Assembly: GCA_943359345.1 (NCBI GenBank) | Contig: CALRHE010000001.1 | Location: 1,995-65,994 of the forward strand | Length of the DNA stretch: 64,000 nt | DNA from: Candidatus Uhrbacteria bacterium | Lineage (GTDB): Bacteria; Patescibacteriota; Patescibacteriia; UBA9934 | Direction: 5' to 3' | Shown here: positions 16,296-24,785 of the stretch, in pieces | Numbering within the stretch: the first letter of the stretch is position 1 | Layout of the letters: each line of letters begins with the position of its first letter | The notes under the pieces: model-generated | Told to the model about the DNA's origin: nothing | Database searches by the model: none | The model's input: the letters and a program-made list of their open reading frames with translations, nothing else | Program-made: the position numbers and the translations under genes

Positions 16296-18902
16296 CTATG
16301 ATACCAGCACCTGCTTAGGCTTGCGAACGTCAAATAAGAACCAGGCTTTCCCGAGCTCGATCAAGATTATCTTGGCTAAAGTAATACCCGCCACGATGCC
16401 AATATCAAGGGGCCGTAAGCTAACAAAACCAAACAGCTCTTGGAGCTGCGGCATTACAAGCGGCGCAGCCAGCAAAACCAATCCCAAGGCTACGGCCAGC
16501 AACAATTGGGGATTTTTAAACGGCGGTAATTTCCAGAATGGGCGTCGCAAAGTGCGGAGTGGATAGATCGCCAATAACGAGTCTAGTCCAAGCGCCAAGA
16601 ACAGGATTGAACGTAAAAACTCGAGACTATAGCCCGCTTGATGCAACGGCACGTAAAGCAAGAGCAAGCCGAGAACAGCTATGCCGCCCGTAAAAATCAT
16701 CAAACGTCGCATGCCGTCCGTCACTATCTGCTCGTGCCGAGAACGTGGGGCCTCTTTCATAATGTCACGTTCACCGGGCTCGAAAGCCAGTGCTACGCTC
16801 GGTAAGCCGTCAGTCACCAGGTTGATCCACAAAATATGGAGCGGCGCAAATGGAACTGGTAAACCAAGCGCAAGTATGCCTGCAATCAAGGCTACCTCGC
16901 TCAACGAAAACGTCAGCAGATAAGCTACTACTTTGCGAATATTATCAAAGATAATCCGACCCTCACGAATAGCCGCCACAATCGAGCTCACATCGTTATC
17001 TAGAATCACCATGTCCGAGGTTTCTTTAGCAACCTCTGTACCGCTGCCCACGGCCACGCCGATATCCGCAGCTCTGAGCGCCGGCGCGTCGTTAACTCCG
17101 TCGCCAGTCATGGCTACTGAGTAACCAAGAGTTTGTAATGACTTGACGATGCGTAATTTGTGTTCAGGCAGCACACGCGCAAAAACAGACACGCGGCGCA
17201 AACGATCCAGGAACTGTTGCTCTTTCATAGCTTCGAGCTCACTCCCAAGCACAATGTTCTCGGGCTGCGTTGGCAAACCAAGCTCACGAGCAATGGCCGC
17301 AGCCGTGACGGGATGATCGCCGGTAATCATGACCACGCGCACACCAGCTTGGGTGGCCTGATCAACTGTCTCGCGGGCGTGCTCGCGCAGCGGATCACGC
17401 AAACCAACCAGGCCCACAGGCTTAAGGTCACCCAGTGTCTGAAGTGTAAAATTTCCAGATCCAGAAATAATTTTCTCAGCTAGTAAAATAACTCGTAAAC
17501 CCCGTCCCGTCATGTCCTCAAGTAAAGCTCTGTAAGCACGCTGCTGTTGGTCATCAAGGTCACACTTAACCAATAACACGTCGGGCGCGCCCATAACAAG
17601 CGCTCGCTCACGCCCACTCTCGCGAATTAGTTTAGCTGAATATTTTTTCTTGGAATCAAAGGGCAACTCGTCAATAACCTCTACTTGGCGTTCAAGCCTA
17701 TCCAGATATTCTAGCAAATATCGCATTATGGCCGTGTCAGTCAAAGAACCAGTTACAACTACTTGCCCTGAGCCGTCATCAACCTGCGCGGCGTTCACGG
17801 CGTACAAAGCCCGCAGCAAAGCTCGAGTCTTATCATTCGATCTGTCAGCCTCAACCAGCAGGGTTTCAGCTCGTAGCTCGGCCACAGTCATCTCGCCTGT
17901 AGTCAGGGTGCCGGTTTTATCGACGCACAAAATATTTACGCTACCAAGCGTCTCGGCAGCCACCAGACGGTGTACCAAGGCCCTACGCTTCAGCATATGC
18001 CGCATACCCACAGACAAAATCACAGTTACACTAATCAGCAAGCCTTCAGGTACGGCGGCTACCGCGAGCGCCGCCGAGGTCGAAAGCATATCCACAAATT
18101 CAATCCCCCGAGCTGCGCCCAGTAAAAAAATAAACGCCGAAGCTCCCAGCATGACCCAGACAAGTGAACGAGATAAGCGTAGTAGCTCGCGCTGGAGTGG
18201 CGTGGGCTGATTGGCAGTACCGACTACCATGGCGGTGACCTTACCAAATTCGGTCTGCTGCCCGGTCCCAATTACAACGGCTTCAGCCTTGCCCGAGACC
18301 ACTGTAGACCCCGCAAACACCATCGATAGCCGATCAGCCACACTCGCGTCTGACGACACCGGCTCAATCAACTTTGCCACTTCGTTCGACTCACCTGTAA
18401 GCGCTGACTCGTTGGTCGCAAAATCAAAGACTGACAATAACCGGGCGTCAGCCGTAATTTTGGCACCAGCTGCTAACAGCAATATATCTCCAGGCACAAT
18501 GTCTTCGGCAGCCAGACTTAGAGTCTTGCCGTCACGGCGCACATTAGCAAGCGACGGAAGAAAAGTTTTCAAAGCGTGTAAGGCTCGATCAGCCCGATAC
18601 TCCTGCACGAAGCCCATCAGTACGTTCACAGCTATGACCACGATCGTAAGCAACGAATCAGTCACCTTGCCAAGTATCAAACTCAAGGTCAAGGCAATCA
18701 TCAGCACCAGCATGAGTGGACTCCCAATCTGACGTACCAAAATACTCAGGGCTGAGGTAGGCTTCTCAACCTTGGGTTGATTACGCCCGTGTTCGTTAAG
18801 CCGACGCCTAGCCTCGTCGACCTTCAAGCCGTCTTTCGAGCTCCCCAACGCTAAAAGTACGTCTGGTGACGGCATGTGATGCCACGGCAATAGTTCCTGC
18901 AT
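16296..18902 (-). CDS. P-type cation-transporting ATPase (P2-type, Ca2+/Mg2+-ATPase-like)
   Basis: Phosphorylation motif CVDKTGTLTTGEMTV, hinge MTGDGVNDAPALRAADIGVAVG, TGES-like actuator loop, about 10 TM segments. Confidence 0.9.
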   Translation of the reverse strand: MQELLPWHHMPSPDVLLALGSSKDGLKVDEARRRLNEHGRNQPKVEKPTSALSILVRQIGSPLMLVLMIALTLSLILGKVTDSLLTIVVIAVNVLMGFVQEYRADRALHALKTFLPSLANVRRDGKTLSLAAEDIVPGDILLLAAGAKITADARLLSVFDFATNESALTGESNEVAKLIEPVSSDASVADRLSMVFAGSTVVSGKAEAVVIGTGQQTEFGKVTAMVVGTANQPTPLQRELLRLSRSLVWVMLGASAFIFLLGAARGIEFVDMLSTSAALAVAAVPEGLLISVTVILSVGMRHMLKRRALVHRLVAAETLGSVNILCVDKTGTLTTGEMTVAELRAETLLVEADRSNDKTRALLRALYAVNAAQVDDGSGQVVVTGSLTDTAIMRYLLEYLDRLERQVEVIDELPFDSKKKYSAKLIRESGRERALVMGAPDVLLVKCDLDDQQQRAYRALLEDMTGRGLRVILLAEKIISGSGNFTLQTLGDLKPVGLVGLRDPLREHARETVDQATQAGVRVVMITGDHPVTAAAIARELGLPTQPENIVLGSELEAMKEQQFLDRLRRVSVFARVLPEHKLRIVKSLQTLGYSVAMTGDGVNDAPALRAADIGVAVGSGTEVAKETSDMVILDNDVSSIVAAIREGRIIFDNIRKVVAYLLTFSLSEVALIAGILALGLPVPFAPLHILWINLVTDGLPSVALAFEPGERDIMKEAPRSRHEQIVTDGMRRLMIFTGGIAVLGLLLLYVPLHQAGYSLEFLRSILFLALGLDSLLAIYPLRTLRRPFWKLPPFKNPQLLLAVALGLVLLAAPLVMPQLQELFGFVSLRPLDIGIVAGITLAKIILIELGKAWFLFDVRKPKQVLVS

Positions 18903-18970
18903 ACTGGCACCATTTTACCATCCTGAGGAGCTTCAAAAAGAAAATCCCCAACTGAAGTTGGAGATTTTCT

Positions 18971-19045
18971 TGGTGCGCCGGGCGGGGATCGAACCCGCGA
19001 CCACGAGCTTAAAAGGCTCTTGCTCTACCGCTGAGCTACCAGCGC
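18971..19045 (-). tRNA. tRNA-Lys (anticodon TTT)
   Basis: Reverse complement reads GCGCTGG TA GCTC AGCGGTA GAGC ... anticodon loop CTTTTAA ... GCGGG TTCGATC CCCGC CCGGCGC A CCA; followed on the minus strand (18930-18968) by an imperfect hairpin AATCTCCAACT/AGTTGGGGATT plus T-run, acting as its terminator. Confidence 0.82.
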
Positions 19046-19110
19046 GAAGGAAAACATAGCGACAAAATAATATCAGAAATCAACGGTTTTGTGAAGGGGT
19101 AGCCCGACTT

Positions 19111-19449
19111 TTATACAAGTTTGACGCCAATTGCAACGACTCCGTACTTGTCTTCTTCCTGTTTAGTGTAATACTCGTGGACCCGTTTAAGATACTCCTG
19201 CTGCGTGGTCCCGAGCACGACTTCATGACAAGCAGCGTACAGTTCTGAAAAATTCTTGTAGGTGTCCAGGCTGACGATCTCCACGATCAGGCTGGTTTCG
19301 AGCTCTGGCAGCTTAGCGAACTCAATACGCTCCCCGACCCGTAGGGCCTTACGTTTTTCATCGTTCAGACGAGACTCAATTGTCTTGTGACCACTTTTTA
19401 GCTGCTCAAAATTCTCAGGCGTTAACTTCATGCGGTGACGGATGGGCAT
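19111..19449 (-). CDS. ASCH (PUA-like) domain protein; start uncertain (ATG at 19449 or 19431)
   Basis: M(PIRHR)MKLTPENFEQLKSGHKTIESRLNDEKRKALRVGERIEF resembles the ASCH GxKTxExR core. The track ORF extends to 19596 but overlaps the next gene, so an internal start is more likely. Confidence 0.45.
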   Translation of the reverse strand: MPIRHRMKLTPENFEQLKSGHKTIESRLNDEKRKALRVGERIEFAKLPELETSLIVEIVSLDTYKNFSELYAACHEVVLGTTQQEYLKRVHEYYTKQEEDKYGVVAIGVKLV

Positions 19450-19504
19450 AGAAAAATATAATTTTTTAACAATGGCGGATTTTGGGCGATCGCCTAAATT
19501 CTGC

Positions 19505-20140
19505 CTATTTACAAATCTGCTTAAACGCATCATCTTCAACCACAAAGTACCCCATCTGGCCCGCATCAAGCAACCAACTATCGACCACGAACTCATACCC
19601 GGTCGAGGTCATCCCGTATGACAATATCTTACCGGTCTCAGCGTTAATCACGGCTGAGCCTTGGCAATTATCACCACAACCCCATATCGACATTACATAT
19701 TTACCCGCAAAGTTTACGCCCGTAGCTACATCCTTAGTAATCGCCGTTCGATAGTGCCTAGCGGCTTGGTTAGTTGAAAAGTCGACCTTGGCTCGACCGT
19801 TAAAAGACTGGTCGGTGTGATAATCATCAAAACTTGGCGTCGGACTACATGACCCGACTGGTTGTGACTCGTCGGCCGCGGCCTCTGCGACCGCAATCAT
19901 GGCGACCTTGCCTGTATATGCAATAAACCCATCTTCAGCTGCGCTATATGCCAGTTTATTGCCGTCAGTCAGGTAACACAAAAGCTCAGCACTTCTATAC
20001 AGCCATTCCCCACCCAGCTCTGAACACCGTTCTGCCAGCGAGCGTGAGCCGTGCTGAGATTGATCTGCCAGCACAAACCCAGCCAGCCAGCACACAAACC
20101 CCAAACCAATAACACCCGTAACAATTTGTGTCTGGGTCAT
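19505..20140 (-). CDS. Hypothetical membrane-anchored, Cys-containing extracytoplasmic protein
   Basis: N-terminal TM (IVTGVIGLGFVCWLAGFVLA), several Cys (GCGDNCQG), no recognisable family; inserted between murG and the ASCH gene. Confidence 0.4.
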   Translation of the reverse strand: MTQTQIVTGVIGLGFVCWLAGFVLADQSQHGSRSLAERCSELGGEWLYRSAELLCYLTDGNKLAYSAAEDGFIAYTGKVAMIAVAEAAADESQPVGSCSPTPSFDDYHTDQSFNGRAKVDFSTNQAARHYRTAITKDVATGVNFAGKYVMSIWGCGDNCQGSAVINAETGKILSYGMTSTGYEFVVDSWLLDAGQMGYFVVEDDAFKQICK

Positions 20141-20143
20141 AAT

Positions 20144-21235
20144 TTATATCAACATCGATGTTTCTGTCGGCTGCAGCAAAGCCATGCAATCGTGCACAAT
20201 GCGTTCGTCAGCATTTAAAGGGAATAGGCCACGAATGTTGTGCGTCAATTGGTCACGTCGTTTCTGATTGTCCAGGACTCGGTCAATCGCCTGCATCAGT
20301 GTCTGCGGTGTTAAATAGGTGACAATTTCGGCCGCGTCGCGGTCTGCTAAAGCCTGAGCGTTAGCAATTTGATGTGAGCCCGGAATCGGAATCAAAACCG
20401 TTGGCTTCCCAAGCGCAGCTAGCTCTGCAATCGTGCCCATGCCGGCACGAGCCACGACCACGTCAGCGACTGCATAGGCATCAGCCATGCCTTCGTTCAA
20501 AAACTCTACAGCCACATAGTTCTCACCGGCCTGCGTGAGCGAGGCCAGCATCTTACCTTTGCCGGTAATATGCAGCACGTTGGCCTTGTTTAAAAGTTCA
20601 GGCGCCAGAATTGACATCATTTCATTAATCTTGGTGGCACCCGTCCCGCCACCCATAACCAGCACCGTCGGCTTGTTTGCTGCAAAAGCATAACGCTCAC
20701 GAGCCATTTGCTGCTCACCAACTTTGACAAACTTACGCGCCATCGCACCCACGAGCTCAGTTTTTTTGGCAGAAAAACTCGGCAGCGACTCTGACCAAGT
20801 CACGCTCACCCTGGTAGCCACGGTGGCCATGAGCTTGTTGGCTAGCCCAGCTACAACGTCAAGTTGATGTACCCAAATAGGGATACCTTTAAGCCGTGCC
20901 ATCCAGACTACTGGCAAACTCACGTAAGCACCGGCCGTGATGACGATGTCGGGTTGAATCTTTCCAAGCAAACTAAAAGCCTGCAGGCAACTCCAAAATA
21001 ACAATAATGGTACCATCGGCACTTTCCACAAACGCGTACGATCAAACTTGGGCGCGCGTAAAGGGTAAAAATCGATTTTAGCGGCTTCGACTAAAACTTT
21101 TTCTGGTCCAGACCGAGTCCCGATCCAGGAGATTTTGACGTCTGAATCACGTTTACGCCACTCAGCCACAACCGCAAGTAAAGGGGTCACCGGACCCAGA
21201 GTACCTCCGCCAGTCATGAGGACGTGATGTGCCAT
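20144..21235 (-). CDS. murG: Undecaprenyldiphospho-muramoylpentapeptide beta-N-acetylglucosaminyltransferase MurG
   Basis: GT28 N-terminal MTGGGTLGPVTP, C-terminal MGGGTGATKIN plus donor-binding region; dcw context. Confidence 0.9.
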   Translation of the reverse strand: MAHHVLMTGGGTLGPVTPLLAVVAEWRKRDSDVKISWIGTRSGPEKVLVEAAKIDFYPLRAPKFDRTRLWKVPMVPLLLFWSCLQAFSLLGKIQPDIVITAGAYVSLPVVWMARLKGIPIWVHQLDVVAGLANKLMATVATRVSVTWSESLPSFSAKKTELVGAMARKFVKVGEQQMARERYAFAANKPTVLVMGGGTGATKINEMMSILAPELLNKANVLHITGKGKMLASLTQAGENYVAVEFLNEGMADAYAVADVVVARAGMGTIAELAALGKPTVLIPIPGSHQIANAQALADRDAAEIVTYLTPQTLMQAIDRVLDNQKRRDQLTHNIRGLFPLNADERIVHDCMALLQPTETSMLI

Positions 21236-21260
21236 AACGCTTCAACCAGAATACTACGGA

Positions 21261-21383
21261 TTAGAAATTAGGTGTTAGTCATTAGCAGCTATTAGAAAAG
21301 AGTAATTAGATCCGACCCGTAAGCATCTAATATCTACTTCTCAAATTACTGCTAATATCTAATTTTGTAATGACTATTCCTTA
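21261..21383 (+). repeat. MITE-like palindromic intergenic repeat, copy B (between ftsW stop and murG start)
   Basis: TTAGAAATTA...ATTAGCAGCTATTAGAAAAG...CTGCTAATATCTAATTTTGTAATGACTATTCCTTA; right 23-mer (21349-21371) identical to copies A and C, left TIR partly diverged. Confidence 0.65.
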
Positions 21384-22486
21384 TGTCTAACACCCGACAC
21401 ATTCAATACTACACCAACCGCGGTCAGTGAAATAGCCAAAGCCGTACCACCATAACTGACAAACGGCAGCGGTACACCGGTAATCGGCATGAGTCCGACC
21501 ATGGCGCCAATGTTTACAAAGGCTTGAATCCCCAACCAGGCCATAATCCCGATCACCAGATAACGACCGAAGCTGTCAGGGGCAAGATCAGCAATCTTGA
21601 ATCCGCGGAACAAGCAAGCAACGTAGAACAAAATAAAAGCACTCACCAACACAAAACCCATTTCTTCCGCCATAACCGCAAAAATTGAATCGCCAGCCAC
21701 TTCAGGCAAATATTGAAACTTCTGGAGGCTGTGTCCGTAACCACGACCAAATAAGCCACCTGAACCAATTGAGAGCAGCGCTTGGTTGATGTGATAACCA
21801 ACTCCAAGCGGATCAAGTTCAGGGTGCAAGAACGTTAAAACACGGTCGGCGCGATACGGAGAAAATTTAATCAAGGCCGCTAAAGTTCCAACCCCAACAA
21901 CACCAAGTCCTAGCAAATGATGCAAAGGGCCACCAGCTATAAAATAAACAGTAAAGGCTGTCAGCACAATGATACCTAGACTGCCAGTGTCAGGCTGGAG
22001 GATCAGCAGAGTCGCTATGATTCCAAGCACCGTAAGAAACGGCGCTAGGCCTTCAGCTACGGTTTTGAGCTCATGACGCGAACGCTTTTCAAGCCAGGCA
22101 GCCAGATAGATCAAAAACGTGAGCTTCACAAGTTCGGAGGGCTGAAATGAAAAGCTGCCAATCCCAATCCAGCTGCGCGAGGTTCCAAACTCAGCACCTA
22201 TGCCTGGAATAAAGACGAGAATGAGTAGAAAAATTGAAAGCGCCAACATGTGCGGCGCCAGGTAACGCAATTTTTCGTACGGAACCCGCATCGCCACCAG
22301 GCACCCAATCACGCCCGGCAACAGGCCAAAAATCAACTGATGCTTTAAAAAATAATAACCATCATCAAAACGATCAAAGCCCATGGGCCACGAGGCTGAG
22401 GCCAACATGACAAGCCCAATAGCCGTCAAACCAAAGACTAGGGCTAAAAAGGTGCGGTCCAGATAAAAACCCCCACGGTTTGTCAT
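21374..22486 (-). CDS. ftsW: SEDS-family peptidoglycan glycosyltransferase FtsW/RodA
   Basis: 10-TM SEDS protein in dcw context. Start taken at the internal ATG (MTNRGGFYLDRTF...) at 22486, because the longer ORF to 22567 would overlap mraY by 76 nt. Confidence 0.85.
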   Translation of the reverse strand: MTNRGGFYLDRTFLALVFGLTAIGLVMLASASWPMGFDRFDDGYYFLKHQLIFGLLPGVIGCLVAMRVPYEKLRYLAPHMLALSIFLLILVFIPGIGAEFGTSRSWIGIGSFSFQPSELVKLTFLIYLAAWLEKRSRHELKTVAEGLAPFLTVLGIIATLLILQPDTGSLGIIVLTAFTVYFIAGGPLHHLLGLGVVGVGTLAALIKFSPYRADRVLTFLHPELDPLGVGYHINQALLSIGSGGLFGRGYGHSLQKFQYLPEVAGDSIFAVMAEEMGFVLVSAFILFYVACLFRGFKIADLAPDSFGRYLVIGIMAWLGIQAFVNIGAMVGLMPITGVPLPFVSYGGTALAISLTAVGVVLNVSGVRHKE

Positions 22487-22491
22487 AATGA

Positions 22492-23571
22492 CTATTGAAG
22501 CATTGCCGCCACATCTAGCAAAGCCACAATCAAGCCTACGCCAGCACCAATCCAGGAGATAACCCAAAAACGCATAACCACCTTTGGCTCAGGCCATCCC
22601 CTAGCTTCAAAATGGTGATGAATGGGTGCAATCAAAAAAACTTTTTTCTTAAAAAGTTTTTTTGAAGCCAGCTGTACAATCGTCGTGACTGCTTCAACTA
22701 CAAACACAATCCCAATAATCGGCAACAATAAAGCCGAATTAGTCAGCAACGCCACTATGCCAAGGGTGACGCCCATACTCATAGCTCCAGTGTCACCCAT
22801 GATAAATCGAGCTGGATAAATATTGAACCACAAAAAGGCCAACAAGCTACCCACAATCACCGCACACAAAGCGGCTAAATCGTAACGGCCCTGAATCAGC
22901 GAAATAACCGCATAAGCAGAAAAAGCTGAGGCTAATGTGCCGCCAGCCAAACCATCGAGACCATCAGACTGATTTACTGAAAACGAGGTCGCGACAATCA
23001 CCAGAATAAAAAATGGTACGTACCACCAGCCTATAGATAAATCACCGTAGAGCGGAACGTGTAAAACATCCCAACCAAGTTTGACGTAAAACCACCAAGC
23101 GCCAACGGCCGCAATCAAGGCGTAGAGCACCAACCGATGTCGAATGTCGATACCTCCTCCATGGCTCCCCAGTTTGCGGATATTCATGAAGTCATCAGCC
23201 ATACCCACCAGGCCCGCGGCCACCAGGGCCGCTAGGGGCAGCCAGGTTTGTGAGCGCGACAAAAAATTCAGCTCGCCAAGCGCCGAATCGGGCCAGGCCC
23301 AGGCCATGAGTGCAAACACCGCTGCCACCACACACGTGGTTACCCACATGAGCAGTCCCCCAAGCGTTGGTACTCCAGCCTTCTTCTTATGCAGCTCCGC
23401 AAACATGGGTGCAGTCACGGCACTGCGAATAGATTTGCCAAGTTTATATTTATACAAAAAATGGGTTAGGAGTGGCGTCCAAAGCATAGCCACTACAAAA
23501 GCCGTGGTCGAAAGTAACAAAATTTTTATCATCACAAAACTCTCAAGCATATTGGAGCGACAAATAAACAA
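22492..23571 (-). CDS. mraY: Phospho-N-acetylmuramoyl-pentapeptide transferase MraY
   Basis: MraY family membrane protein (DDxxN-like MADDFMNI, LDGLDGLAGG, HHHFE motif APIHHHFEARGW). Confidence 0.9.
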   Translation of the reverse strand: MFICRSNMLESFVMIKILLLSTTAFVVAMLWTPLLTHFLYKYKLGKSIRSAVTAPMFAELHKKKAGVPTLGGLLMWVTTCVVAAVFALMAWAWPDSALGELNFLSRSQTWLPLAALVAAGLVGMADDFMNIRKLGSHGGGIDIRHRLVLYALIAAVGAWWFYVKLGWDVLHVPLYGDLSIGWWYVPFFILVIVATSFSVNQSDGLDGLAGGTLASAFSAYAVISLIQGRYDLAALCAVIVGSLLAFLWFNIYPARFIMGDTGAMSMGVTLGIVALLTNSALLLPIIGIVFVVEAVTTIVQLASKKLFKKKVFLIAPIHHHFEARGWPEPKVVMRFWVISWIGAGVGLIVALLDVAAMLQ

Positions 23572-23932
23572 TAAAAACCGTGGCTGTGAGCAGAACTATC
23601 TGGAGCAACAAAGCTGTGATACCAGCCACGTGCGACAAAACTGGATCACGCGACCACATAAACCGCGCCAGGAATATGTTAGTCACGATGATGATCAATC
23701 CGATCACAGGCACCAAATAAATCCGCCACCAAGGGCCGACGGTATCAACTCCAATGTGGATGTTGTAATGGAGCGGCACCGCGGTTTTGCCGTAAATAAT
23801 TGGCAGGACTCGCACCGACAGCAAGGCTACGCTAGCTAACCAAGTTAACAACGACAAACTTGTCACCACCCTAAAAAAGGGGTGTTGCCACATGTCTCTA
23901 AACGCGGATAGATGTTTAACAGCTAAGGACAT
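23543..23932 (-). CDS. Hypothetical 4-TM membrane protein
   Basis: 129 aa, highly hydrophobic, no recognisable motifs; upstream of mraY on the same strand. Confidence 0.4.
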   Translation of the reverse strand: MSLAVKHLSAFRDMWQHPFFRVVTSLSLLTWLASVALLSVRVLPIIYGKTAVPLHYNIHIGVDTVGPWWRIYLVPVIGLIIIVTNIFLARFMWSRDPVLSHVAGITALLLQIVLLTATVFIVYLSLQYA

Positions 23933-23935
23933 GTA

Positions 23936-24160
23936 TTAGACCGCGATAACTTCGCGCACTTCAGGAATCGCTTGGCAAAGAGCACTTTCGACCCCTTGTT
24001 TCAGGGTAATATTCGATAAAGCACAACCATCACAAGTACCTGTCAAACGAACCTTTACCACCCCGCGTTCTGGTTCAATATCCACAAGCTCAATCCCCCC
24101 GGCATGCAACCGAAGTGCCACTCTAACCTGATCTAAGACCTTTTCCACGGCCTCGCGCAT
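23936..24160 (-). CDS. NifU/Nfu-like Fe-S cluster scaffold domain protein
   Basis: 74 aa; HAGGIELVDIEPERGVVKVRLTGTCDGCALS matches the NifU C-terminal domain with its CxxC pair. Confidence 0.75.
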   Translation of the reverse strand: MREAVEKVLDQVRVALRLHAGGIELVDIEPERGVVKVRLTGTCDGCALSNITLKQGVESALCQAIPEVREVIAV

Positions 24161-24215
24161 ACTAATCGAGTATACGCCTAATTTTTCCTTAAGAAAAGGT
24201 GGTATTTGCCAAGCT

Positions 24216-24244
24216 TGACGATCATAAGCTTTTCGGCTATTCTA
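24216..24244 (+). promoter_or_regulatory. Putative sigma-70-type promoter for rpmA
   Basis: TTGACG, then 17 nt, then a TAT-rich hexamer; about 155 nt upstream of the rpmA ATG, preceding a structured leader. Confidence 0.35.
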
Positions 24245-24271
24245 GTGCCAAAACTAGATCATTCTCGTCAA

Positions 24272-24398
24272 GAAAACGATTTTATTCGTGACGAGTTTGG
24301 TCGAGCGGGATGTTTTGGCCGAGGCGTAAGTAAACCTACGGTGAGGTCAAAACAGGGGCCCGCGAGGCCGAAATCGGCCGAATAAAATCGTTTTCTAT
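24272..24398 (+). promoter_or_regulatory. Structured 5' leader of rpmA (candidate r-protein autoregulatory element)
   Basis: GAAAACGATTTTATTCG (24272-24288) is perfectly complementary to CGAATAAAATCGTTTTC (24379-24395), which ends 4 nt before the ATG; additional internal GGCCGAGGCG / CGCGAGGCC / GCCGAAATCGGC helices. Confidence 0.45.
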
Positions 24399-24683
24399 AT
24401 GGCACATAAGCTAGCCCAAGGCTCTACCCGTAACGGACGTGATTCGCAGGCCAAACGCCTGGGTGTTAAACGTGCCGACGGTCAGTACGTTAAGACCGGT
24501 CAGATTATTGTTCGCCAGCGCGGTACAGTTATTCACCCTTCAGACAACGTTCGTGCCGGCAAAGACTACACTATCTACGCTTTGACCAACGGACTGGTAA
24601 AGTTCAACAAAAAGCGCATGTCAAACTTCATTGGCAAGCTCCAGTTACGCACTTACGTCTCGGTGGTACCCCGAACCAATTAA
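24399..24683 (+). CDS. rpmA: 50S ribosomal protein L27
   Basis: [25 protein letters not shown]...VRQRGT... is canonical L27. Confidence 0.92.
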   Translation: MAHKLAQGSTRNGRDSQAKRLGVKRADGQYVKTGQIIVRQRGTVIHPSDNVRAGKDYTIYALTNGLVKFNKKRMSNFIGKLQLRTYVSVVPRTN

Positions 24684-24725
24684 CACAGATAGTGAGTCGG
24701 TGACTACAGATTCAACGCAGATGCG

Positions 24726-24754
24726 AAAACGAGCCCATGGGCTCGTTTTCGTTT
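24726..24754. terminator. Rho-independent terminator shared by convergent rpmA (+) and pyrG (-)
   Basis: AAAACGAGCCCATGGGCTCGTTTTCGTTT: palindromic stem CGAGCCC/GGGCTCG flanked by A-run and T-run. Confidence 0.8.
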
Positions 24755-24785
24755 AGTTCTGTGTAAAATCTGTAAATTGTTTTTA

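Noticed and set aside
16681-18732. + strand ORFs of 80-186 aa antisense to the P-type ATPase
   Set aside because: Ser/Ala/Thr-rich antisense translations of a well-supported 868-aa gene with DKTGT and GDGVNDAPAL motifs.
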